DNA of 64,000 bases from Phyllobates terribilis (lineage: Eukaryota). Where the stretch lies: NCBI RefSeq assembly GCF_046119375.1, contig NW_027362770.1, positions 194,618,001-194,682,000 on the forward strand, written 5' to 3'. A program made the position numbers and the translations under genes. The number at the start of each line of letters is the position of its first letter. The stretch's first letter is position 1. This document shows positions 1 to 11,444 of the stretch, piece by piece. Below the pieces are notes generated by a model. The model searched no databases. It worked only from the letters and a program-made list of their open reading frames with translations, and had not been told where the DNA came from.

Positions 1-636
1 GTCTGTGCTCCATGCAGACTTTCAATCTATTTTTGCAATTGCTAATGTCACCAAGCAGGCAAACCCTTGTAGGCCACTTTTTGTTTTTGTGGGGTTGAAA
101 TTCAGCTCTCTGCAGAGCTTGTCAGTGCAGAGCATAGAAAAATAGATTTTTTGACTCTGCACAAGCTCTGAATACAGTTGAATTTCACCGCCACTAAAAG
201 AACTAGCTGGCTTATAGCAATGTAACATGTCTGCGACACAAAAAAATCTTTGGTGGACTGTGGCTAGCAAGAAAAAAAAACTTTTTTTACTCTGAAAAAA
301 GCTGAAGTTCATCCACCAAAAAAATGATAAACTGGGCTAGCACAGCTTGCACTATCACATTAGCAAATAAAAAAAAAGTTTTTGCTGTTGCAAATGTTAT
401 ACAGCAGGCTAGATCGGAGTTTAAAATAGTTTGGGGAATATCTCCTATGTTATACAGGCGTCATCCACAGTAAAAATAAAAAAAAAAATTGTTCGGTTAG
501 TAACGTTACACTTCAGCCCATATCTTACCTTGTCATTTAGTGCCGCTGAAATTCAGGTGTGTGCAGAGCTGTTGCAGAGGAAAAATCTATTTTTGTTTTG
601 CTAATAGCGTGCCCCTACTACAGTATCTGAGCAACA

Positions 637-3600
637 TGAGTGGGAAAGAGAGGGCGTGGTGGAATAGGCTTGGTGTTCAAGGTGTACGTGGGGTACGTGG
701 CAATGTTAGCGAATGCCCTAGTGAACCAACACAAACAGGTCGTATCCAAAGACAACTGACAACTTATGTTAGTGGACGGGCTACTCCACTCCCTTCCTTT
801 GGCAGCCGCACAGCGATACGCCTTGTTGTTAAGGGCCAGAAAGAGCTGGTGCTCCAGTGGATGGCAAGCTCTGCTTCTAGTGGCCTCTCCTCTTCTTCCT
901 CCACCTCAACATCACACGCAGGACAGTCCACAGAGGTGGCACCCCAATTACCCTTGCTTCCCCCCCAGTCACAACTGTCCAAGTGCCCAACTGACTGTAG
1001 CGAACCACCGATGGGCGAGACTGTAGAACTCTTCACCCATTCTACACCATAGGCATCAGAAGTGTACTCCGAACAGTCACAGAGTCAAGAGGAGGAGGAA
1101 AGCATCTGCACCCATGCCCAAACTTTTTTTTAGCTTGCATTCGGGGCAGGACAATGTAGAATCCGAGGAGGTTCCTGACCCTCGTCACCAGACGTTAACC
1201 GCAGGGGAAGGAGGTGATCCCGATGAGACTCAGATACCTGAGGCTCATGCGGACTGTACTGTGCTGTCAGGGCAACAAGAGGAGAAGGATCACTCTGAGG
1301 GCGAGGAATGGGATAACACATTGTATGATGACGAGGGTGAAGATCCTACTTGGTGTGAACTCAGAGTCACGCAGCCGAGTAGCTCATCTGAGGAGGTGGA
1401 GGAGGAAGACGAGGAGGTTATGTTGCATCCTACGGCGCAGACACGGAGTGATGCAAGCACGAGGAGCTCTGCATCCTTAGCCACAACCATGGCTGTGGCC
1501 AGCAGCAGTCATTGGTCTGCAGCTCGCAGGGGCAGCAACCGTTGCCTAGCATGGGCCTTTTTTGTCACTGCAAAGGATGAGCCAACTCACGCCATCTGAA
1601 AATTTTGGGATAAAAAACTCAGTAGAGGAAAAAACTGCAATAATTTGACTACTACATGCATGAACGTTCACATGCTCAAACAACATTCTTTACGCTGGGA
1701 ATCTTACCGCGCTGAAATGCGGACCAGCGCACCTCAACAACCATCAGCTGCCCCATCAGACGCATCCGCTGCTTCTTCCTCCTCTTCTGTTACCGTGCTA
1801 AGTATTGTCACACAGGTCTCCCATCGCAGAAACTCCGGTTCTTTACCCGCTCCAGTCAGGCTGAGTGACAGACCGTCAGCTGTAACGGAAGTGGACATGC
1901 CTGCTGTGTTTGTTTCACCGAGCACACCGCATATTTCTCAATCCACCGTAACATCTGCACCTCACTCACGCTCCACCAGTTTGTCTGGTTCACCGTACTC
2001 AGTCCTCTCTCAGTACCTTAGCCAGCCCTCGGTCACACAGTTGTGGTCACATAAAAAAGATTGTTTCATCCTACGCATGACAAAGCTAAGAGGTTAAACT
2101 CCAACATCTCCAATCTGTTGGCCACGGAAATGCTGCCTTTCCACCTAGTAGATACAGACGGTTTCCGAAAGATGATAGCCGTCGTGGTCCCCCAGTACCA
2201 GTTGCCCAGTCGCCATTATTTCTCTAAGAAAGCTGTGCCTGGGCTACACCAGCATGTGGCAGACAACATCACCCGTTCCTTGACTAAATCTACGTGTGCC
2301 AGGGTGCATTTCACCACAGACAAATGGATGAGTAAGCATGGCCTAGGTCATTACATCTCGCTGACTGGGCACTGGGTGACTCTGGTGGCTGTGGGGGCAG
2401 GTGGGGAAGGGGCTGCTCCACAAATCTTGGAATCCTCAAGGCTTGCAGAAGAAACCTCTGTATTTCACACTTCCTCCACTTCTTCTGCCTCCTCCACCTC
2501 CTCTAGGGCCTCCACCTGCGCAATCAACCTCTTCCTTAAGGAGACACGGGTTCCAACAGTGCAGAGCGAATACACACCACCTCCATACTGCGCGACCAGG
2601 GCTCACTGTTATCAGGCAGTCTTCAAATTATTATGCCTTGGAGAACGCAGTCATACAGGTGAAGAGTTGTGGGCAGATCTCCAGGCTCAGGTTGAGCAAT
2701 GGTTGTCTCCGCTGACCCTAGAGCCAGGGAAGGCCGTGTGCGATAACGGTGCGAACCTGTTAGTGGCCCTAGGCCGAGGCAAGCTCACGCACGTGCCTTA
2801 CATGGCTCACGTCCTCAACCTGGTGGTACAGCAATTTCTCCGCTACGATCCTGACCTGGATGAGCTGCTTCACAAAGTACGGAAGCTGTGTGCTCACTTC
2901 CACCGTTCGCATTCCTCATGTAATTGACTTGCATCGATACAAAGGTCTTTGTCCTTGCCAGTTAACAGGTTGATCTGCGATGTGCCAACGCGGTGGAATT
3001 CCACTCTGCCCATGTTCCAGCGACTGTGGCAGCAGCAACGAGCTCTGACGCAGTATGCCATGTCGTATAGCTTAAGCCAACGCAGTACAGACGTGAGGCA
3101 TATCACGTTTACGGAGTGGGAACAGATTAAAGACCTCTGCACCCTTCTGCAGTTTTGAAATGGCTACTAAACTAGTTAGCACTAACGATGCCGTCATCAG
3201 CATCACTATTCCGGTCATCTACATGCTGGAGCAGACTTTGAATAGTGTGCGTCAGGAGATGGTTGCCCCAGAAGAAGAGGATGAAGCGGAAGGGATAAGA
3301 ATGTATCAAAGTTCCACACTTTCGTCACACAGTCGGATGCCAAGTGATGGTGGCTTACTGCGATCGAGGGGGGTTGGTGATACCAGACATACTGTTAGTG
3401 AAGGTGCAAGAGCCTACGAAACAAATGGAGGAGGAAGAGGTGATGGGCGAGCAACAATCAGAAGATGAAGAAGGAAATAATCCACGCTCTGTTGAACGTG
3501 GTTGGCAGGAGTGGACAGAGGAAACAAGCATCAGTGTTACGCAGCCAACAATAGAGTCTGGCTTTGGACCATTTGGAAGAGCCCGACATATGAGCGCCTT

Positions 3601-4294
3601 CTTGCTGCACTTTCTGCAACATGATCCCCGTATAGTTAGGATTCAAAATAATGATGACTACTGAGTTGCCACTCTGTTAGATCCACGTTATAAGAGTCCA
3701 ATTTGCCAGATGCTTCCCACCCTGGAAAGGGACACGCTAATGTTGGAGTATCGAAATAAGCTTTTAAGCAAACTTAATAGAGCTTTTCCCCAAGATAACA
3801 GTGAGGCACACAGTGTGCATCGCAGCTGTAGTCATTCAACCTCCGATACGTCAGTTCATCAATGCCAAAACTTTAGCAGCAGCAGAGTAAGTGTCAGAAG
3901 CAATTACTGTGAGTCCTTTCACACATTTTTTAGACCAGCTAGTGCACCAGCACAACAGAGTGCAAGTCTGACTTGTGGAGAACGACTGGAGAGGATGGTG
4001 GAGGACTATCTAAAGCTCAATATTAATACCATCAGTGAAGATTTTGACGGTTTTACATCTTGGTCTTCAAAAATGGATGAATGACCTGAGTTTGCCTGTC
4101 ACGCCTTGGAGGTTTTCTCATGAACTACAGCCAGCGTTCTCTGAGAACGTGTCTTCAGCGCTGCTGGTGGTGTCCTGATGGATAAGCACACCCGGCTGTC
4201 CCATGAAAGTGTTGAACGCCTAACTTTCATCAAGATGAACAAGTCATGGATCTCAAAGGACTTTTGCACCCCAATTGCAGACTGGACAGAGTAG
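637..4294 (+). mobile_element. Decayed hAT DNA transposon (family A) transposase, multiple stops and frameshifts
   Basis: BED finger remnant (AWAFFVTAKDEPTHA...LTTTCMNVHMLKQH, ~1549-1686). Catalytic-region motifs VHFTTD, CDNGANL and CDVPTRWNST. C-terminal dimerization motif ERVFSAAGGVLMDKHTRLSHESVERLTFIKMN ending TAG at 4292-4294. Confidence 0.9.
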
Positions 4295-6510
4295 GCGATG
4301 TTGTAGTTGTTAGTGTGCTGCATTGATCTTGTGGAATTGCAGTCTGTGATATGGCTTTTGTGCCTGCTCTTGCTGCAGCTGCAGGTTTTAGGTCCTAATT
4401 TTTTGAAATGGGGAGAATACAGATTTGGTCTCTCGATCCATTGGGTTGGCTGTAGTGGAAGAGGTGTTGGTCCACATTATGCTACTTATACTCTAGTGAA
4501 ATTGATGCCACTTTGGTGGTTTTAGGCCCAAATGTTTTCAAATGGGAACAGTCCTGATTGGGTCTCCATGTGCTGGGTTGGCTGTAGTGGAAGAGGTTTT
4601 GGTCTCCTTTACAATAGTTATACTCTAGTAAAAATAATTTTTTGGTGCAGATATTGTTCTCCACACAGGGGTACACAGACCTGATAAACTCAACATGGGT
4701 ATATAAAGCAGACTGCATCTCAGATTTAAATTTTTGGGGGCAGATATTCTTCTCCACACATGGGGAAAAAAAAGGTTGGGTCCGAGCAGCTTCCTGACCC
4801 TCGACTGTACTGTTCTGCCACGTCAAGAAGAAGAGGAGGGTGAGGCTATCAGGATTTGAAGCAGAAATTTCCTGAGCATTTCTGAATCTCCTTGTCAGGA
4901 AAAACGCAGTGCGTTTTTGATGCAGTTGTTGAAGTGTTTTTTTAAGTGTTTTTGTTCATCAATGAATGCTTTTTGGAGCTAAAGTTATTTGGTGGGACAT
5001 TGCTTAATCCTTTGGATTACCTTCAGAACTGAGGTGAGTATATTGGTTAATTTAAATTATTAAAGAATGTGTCTGTTGAATTCAAATAAAGTGTTTGCTC
5101 TGTATCTGAGTGCTTATTTAACTCTTTATTTTACTTTAATTAGGTTTAGTAATGAAAGGGTCTGACTGACACCTTGACATCACCAAGCAAAAGAGCTAGG
5201 TGTCAGCTAGTCCCATTCACCCAGTCTTCATTAGCATTTCTATTCACGTAATTTATGCGGCAGCTGTGAGCCTAGGAAGGTGGCATTAGGCAAACATGGT
5301 GCCTGGCCATTATTAGCAGCTCACAGCTGTTTTGTCAGCCACTACGTCCCCATGAACACCATAAGCAGCGCTTTGGAAGCAGCATATTTTTGTTGTGTAC
5401 AAAACGCAATGTTCTAATCCCGCACTTTTGTTGTCAGTACATGTGAATCCACCGCATATAATGACACTTCAATCGGTCAAAATCTGCAGTGGAGACTAGT
5501 GTATCCGCTACAGAAATTGACATGCTGCCGGTGAGTTTGCGTACGTGGCCACGGTCAGGGGCGTACATAGAAATCATGGCGCCCCATAGCAAAAGTCCAA
5601 ATTGGGCCCCCCCCCTCATAAAAAATAATAAATTCTGCAGTGTAAGTAGAATCGCAGTATATAGGCGCTTTCACAAAGGGCATATCTCAACTGTTGAAGA
5701 CAGGGAAATGAACATGTCTTGTGGCATGTACATAGTGAATGTGCCCATACAGAAGTCCTTTAGTGTTCTCATCCCTTTTTATCGCCCTATTGATTTAAAT
5801 ACCCCAAAACATGCTTCCAACACACAGTATTATACCCCCCCTACAGTAAATTCCCCTACTGTAACCCCCCCCCACACACAGTATGATGACTCTATAGTCC
5901 CCCCAGTAAAGTATGATGCCCTCACAAACACCCACACAGCATGATGGCCCCCCATATACCCACACTGTATGATGGCTCCCTAGCAACCCCCCTCCCTCAC
6001 ACAGTATTATGGTTCCCAAGAAGTATGATGATCCCCACAGACCCACATTGTATGATGGCCCTCACAGCCGCCCACACAGTATAATGGCCCACAGGTCCTC
6101 CACTGTATCATGGTCTCCACAGGACCTCCATACAATATGATGAAAGTACCCACAGTATAATGGCCTGCACAGGTACCCCACACACAGTAATGTTGGCCCC
6201 CACAGTAGTCCTCACCACAATATGATGGTCACCACAAGCCCTCCACACAGTATGATGACCCCACAGTAGTCCCCTCCACAGTATAAGGCTCCACAACCCC
6301 CTACAAGTCCTGACTGATAAAAAAATATATAAAAATTAATCACCTACCCCTGTTTCCATAATGAGCTATTCTATGCACCGTGTGAACGGAGGCGATGCAC
6401 AGCAGACGTGACATAGTGACATCATGCTCGGTGCGCTGAGACACAGACTCATGGCTGAATGGTGCAACAGGAGCCTTTAAGCATCTGGGCTCCTAAAGAG
6501 CTCAAAAGTG

Positions 6511-7149
6511 GCCATATGATCTGCCGCTATTAGCGGTATGCCATATGATCTGCCGCTATTAGCGGTATGCCATATGATCTGCTGCTATTAGTGGTATGCC
6601 ATATGATCTGCGGCTATTAGCGGTATGCCATATGATCTGCCGCTATTAGTGGTATGCCATATGATCTGCGGCTATTAGTGGTATGCCATATGATCTGCCG
6701 CTATTAGTGGTATGCCATATGATCTGCCGCTATTAGTGGTATGCCATATGATCTGCGGCTATTAGTGGTATGCCATATGATCTGCTGCTATTAGTGGTAT
6801 GCCATATGATCTGCCGCTATTAGTGGTATGCCATATGATCTGCCGCTATTAGCGGTATGCCATATGATCTGCCGCTATTAGCGGTATGCCATATGATCTG
6901 CCGCTATTAGCGGTATGCCATATGATCTGCCGCTATTAGTGGTATGCCATATGATCTGCCGCTATTAGTGGTATGCCATATGATCTGCGGCTATTAGTGG
7001 TATGCCATATGATCTGCCGCTATTAGTGGTATGCCATATGATCTGCGGCTATTAGTGGTATGCCATATGATCTGCCGCTATTAGTGGTATGCCATATGAT
7101 CTGCCGCTATTAGTGGTATGCCATATGATCTGCCGCTATTAGTGGTATG
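6511..7149. repeat. 29-bp tandem array, ~22 copies
   Basis: Unit GCCATATGATCTGCCGCTATTAG(C/T)GGTAT, read directly. Confidence 0.95.
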
Positions 7150-7321
7150 GCACTGGTACTATAGGAAGAGCTATTTTACACAGTGACATTCTTATGTACA
7201 TACATATATAGTGAAGTCCATATTAAGTATAGAGCTTCACTTATAAAGACAACCTTTGTCCATTTGCCGAAATATCAACATCGTGGATGAAATCCCCTGA
7301 TCAGAAAATGGGCTAACTTTA

Positions 7322-7781
7322 GGCTATGTTCACACGTTGCGTTTTTGCAGCGTTTTTTATGATAATTTTCTGCTGCGTTTTACAGTACCAGCAAAGTCTC
7401 AGATTTCAGAAATCTCATGCACACACTTTGGTTTTTTTTCCTGACTGTTTTGTCAAAGAGCTGCGTTTTTGCAAACTGCAGCATGTCACTTTTTTCAGCG
7501 TTTTTCAACCATAGAAAGCAATGGGAAGTGCAAAATAGCAGCAAAAACGCAGGTATCAAGTTTTGCTGTGTTTTTGGGGCAAAAACCTGAGGAAGTTGAA
7601 TCATGTTTCTTTTTATGCACTAAACTTTATCAGCATGCACAAGAAACAAATGTACCCTGACAAAAACGCAGAAAAAAACTCAGCAAAACCTGCTTTTTTG
7701 ACGCTGCTTCTCTACTGCCAAGAGAGCAGGTTTTGCCTGCAAAAAAAAAATGCAGCAAAAACACAATGTGTGAACATAGCC
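7322..7781. mobile_element. PIF/Harbinger-type (Tourist-like) MITE
   Basis: TIRs GGCTATGTTCACAC...GTGTGAACATAGCC flanked by TTA on both sides (3-bp TSD). Confidence 0.75.
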
Positions 7782-8999
7782 TTAAGGGTTTGTAACCTGT
7801 GAAGATTGTGCAAAGCGCATCTCTCTACACTGCACTGTGTTAGCACTCAGAACGTCAGCTGGCTGTGAAGAACAGACTGGCCTGCCGAGAATCTGATCAA
7901 AAATATGGATGTGTGAATGAGGTCTTAGGCTGATGGGAGGGGATCAGTCAGATATGGAGACAGTCACCTCCTCCAATAGTATATGATCTCCCATCAGCCT
8001 AAGGCCTCAATCACAAGTGCAATATTCGCATACGAGTGCTATCCATCATCTTCAAGGATAGCACTCGTACCTGTGATAGTCTATGGGGCCATTCACATGT
8101 CCGTGATTTTAGAGACATATCCGATTTTGATCCAAGGGTCAGATCACACTTGGCCATGCAAGTCAATGGGTTTGTGAAAAAAAAACAGACTGCACTCTGA
8201 TGACATCTAAGTGCGGTCGATTTTCAGAATGAAGAAGGTGGAGAATTGTTTTATTTTTTTATTTCTCCAGAGACGAGAACAACGGATGACACTCAGGTCA
8301 CACTCTGATTAAAGTCTGATCAGAATAATCGGTCCATTTTTCTTGTATGTGGAAAAATCAGAAAAATGAATGAGTCCCAAGGCTGCTTTTAATTAGTTGT
8401 AGATCTTACCTGCCCTTTAAATTTGGTTAGTCCTATGAAAGAATGGTACATCTTGTCGTTCTTGATGGGCTCTCATGAATTGGCCAATTCATTTTCCATA
8501 TCTCTACGCTTACATAGGCGACTGTATTCTTTATTATGCAGTGATAGCAGCAGCGCCTGTTCACACTTATTTTATTCTGTCTGGAGGCGATATACATAAA
8601 CACAGAGGGGTTGACCAAGTTTGGGATGAAAGTCTACAATCGCTCTATATGACTACGGTCATCTGAATCCTCACATCATTCGCTGTCAGGATTCTTCGAT
8701 GACAGTGGCAAGAACAGCTGGTCACGTACAAGTATGTGTTTTGCATATCTGTGGTCACGTGTCGATTAAACGTGCTCGGCCGCATTCAGTTCCCTTGTAT
8801 TGATCGAGGACGAACACGTCTAGTCAGAATGTGACTGGAAGCATGCAAATCACATACTAGTGATCGCATGACCGCCTGCACTCGCTGCTGGCATTGGGAA
8901 ATCCTGACAGCATGCGATGTGTGCGCTGTGAGGATTCAGAAGTCTGCAGTCATATAGAGTGATTGCAGACTTTCATCTCAAGCCTGGACAACCCTTTAA

Positions 9000-9406
9000 A
9001 GGGGTTGTCCACTACTTTGACATTGATGCCCTGTCCTTAGGATAGGGCATCAATGTATGATTGGCAGGGATGCCGCGTGCGGGACCCCGGCCAATCAGCT
9101 GTTATCGTGCCGGTGGCCGCCGGCCGGAAGTCCTTGCCTGTGGTGCCTGGCCGTCAGTTGTAGAAGCGGCCGCTTGTAACTGTATATCCACCTCCTATTC
9201 AATTGAATGGTAGGCGGATGTGCAGTTACGAGCGGCGGCCACTACAGATGGACGGCCAAGCACCGCAGATAAGGACTTGTGGCAACTGCTGCCGGCACCG
9301 ATAACAGCAGATCGACGGGGGTGGGGCGTCCGGGACCCCGGTCGATCATACATTGATGCCCTGTGCTATGGATAGGGCATCAATGTCAAAGTAGTGGATA
9401 ACTTCT
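9000..9406. mobile_element. T2/Kolobok-type MITE
   Basis: Long TIRs AGGGGTTGTCCACTACTTTGACATTGATGCCCT...AGGGCATCAATGTCAAAGTAGTGGATAACTTCT, TTAA on both sides. Confidence 0.75.
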
Positions 9407-9410
9407 TTAA

Positions 9411-9761
9411 GAGTACATTCCCACTTTCAGGATTTGTTGTGGTTTTCACGCTGCAGAATTTTTGTACTTATGTAAATTACTGGACACGCATTTTTACACA
9501 TGCGAATCTTCGTCATCTAAGCAAGTCTATGAGGAAAGTCCACATGCGGACCCACAAGAGAAATTGACATGCTGAGGGTTTGAAGGACACGCCGCATCTC
9601 AGTTTCCGCTGGTGATCCGCAGGTGCACAGAGATGCATAGTGGACATGGGATTTCTAGAAAGAACATCCACTATGCTGTAACATCTGGCCGTTGTGAGTT
9701 TGACACTGCATAAATATGCAGCGTCAAAACCGCAGCAAATCTTGAACATGGGAACGTACCC
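9411..9761. mobile_element. Harbinger-type MITE abutting the T2 MITE
   Basis: Imperfect TIRs GAGTACATTCCCA / TGGGAACGTACCC with TAA/TTA flanks. Confidence 0.55.
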
Positions 9762-10390
9762 TTAGGCTATGTGCCCACGATCCGGAGCCGCTGCGGGTTT
9801 GACGCTACATGTTTATGCAGCGTCAAAGGAAAGTCTGCAGGTGAAAAAAAAAAATGGTGCCGCTCATTTGCAAATTGATAGCCGGCAGCTATTCCGCAGC
9901 ATTGGGGGCGCAGGCTGGTACGCATTGTGCGCACATAAAGGGTGGCTAGCTGCAGCAATACTAGTGATTAGTGATGGTCTGGGGTCAGATGTACTCTCTC
10001 TGACAACCGTGTCCTTTGCTCTGCTGTGCACTCTGCAGCCTGTCCATTCCTCCTTCAGTTAATCCTTCACTAGGACTGCATGACCTGCAGTGCAGATAAA
10101 TGTGTGTAAAGAAGTAATTTAAACTATTTATTAATAGGCTTCCATTGTCACAGGTGTCCTAATGTTCAACTCAACCCTCTGGTCCCAGGTCCAGGATCTC
10201 TGTGGTGACTGACAGACACAAGACAGTGGCTTGGTGTGAGGGGCTTCCTGACTTTTTATTTGTTCGCAGCCCTCCTCCCCAGTTACCCTGGATAGTTGGC
10301 AGAATTCCAAACACGACCCCCCACCCCCTGCCTACCAGGATACAAGGTAAAAGAAACTCGTTTACATTTCACACTCACAGTGCTGCAGTG

Positions 10391-11444
10391 AGCCAGTCAG
10401 AGACTTACCCTGCAGCCAGGCCGGCTCCTCTGCAGCCAGTCAGAGACTTACCCTGCAGCCAGGCCAGCTCCTCTGCAGCCAGTCAGAGACTTACCCTGCA
10501 GCCAGGCCAGCTCCTCTGCAGCCAGTCAGAGACTTACCCTGCAGCCAGGCCGGCTCCTCTGCAGCCAGTCAGAGACTTACCCTGCAGCCCGGCCGGCTCC
10601 TCTGCAGCCAGTCAGAGACTTACCCTGCAGCCAGGCCGGCTCCTCTGCAGCCAGTCAGAGACTTACCCTGCAGCCAGGCCGGCTCCTCTGCAGCCAGTCA
10701 GAGACTTACCCTGCAGCCAGGCCGGCTCCTCTGCAGCCAGTCAGAGACTTACCCTGCAGCCAGGCCGGCTCCTCTGCAGCCAGTCAGAGACTTACCCTGC
10801 AGCCAGGCCGGCTCCTCTGCAGCCAGTCAGAGACTTACCCTGCAGCCAGGCCGGCTCCTCTGCAGCCAGTCAGAGACTTACCCTGCAGCCAGGCCGGCTC
10901 CTCTGCAGCCAGTCAGAGACTTACCCTGCAGCCAGGCCGGCTCCTCTGCAGCCAGTCAGAGACTTACCCTGCAGCCAGTCAGAGACTTACCCTGCAGCCA
11001 GGCCGGCTCCTCTGCAGCCAGTCAGAGACTTACCCTGCAGCCAGGCCGGCTCCTCTGCAGCCAGTCAGACACTTACCCTGCAGCCAGGCCGGCTCCTCTG
11101 CAGCCAGTCAGACACTTACCCTGCAGCCAGGCCGGCTCCTCTGCAGCCAGTCAGACACTTACCCTGCAGCCAGGCCGGCTCCTCTGCAGCCAGTCAGAGA
11201 CTTACCCTGCAGCCAGGCCGGCTCCTCTGCAGCCAGTCAGACACTTACCCTGCAGCCAGGCCGGCTCCTCTGCAGCCAGTCAGAGACTTACCCTGCAGCC
11301 AGGCCGGCTCCTCTGCAGCCAGTCAGAGACTTACTCTGTTGCCAGGCCGGCTCCTCTGCAGCCAGTCAGACACTTACCCTGCAGCCAGGCCGGCTCCTCT
11401 GCAGCCAGTCAGAGACTTACCCTGCAGCCCGGCCGGCTCCTCTG
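10391..11444. repeat. 43-bp tandem array, ~25 copies
   Basis: Unit GCAGCCAGTCAGAGACTTACCCTGCAGCCAGGCCGGCTCCTCT; one truncated unit near 10960. Confidence 0.95.
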
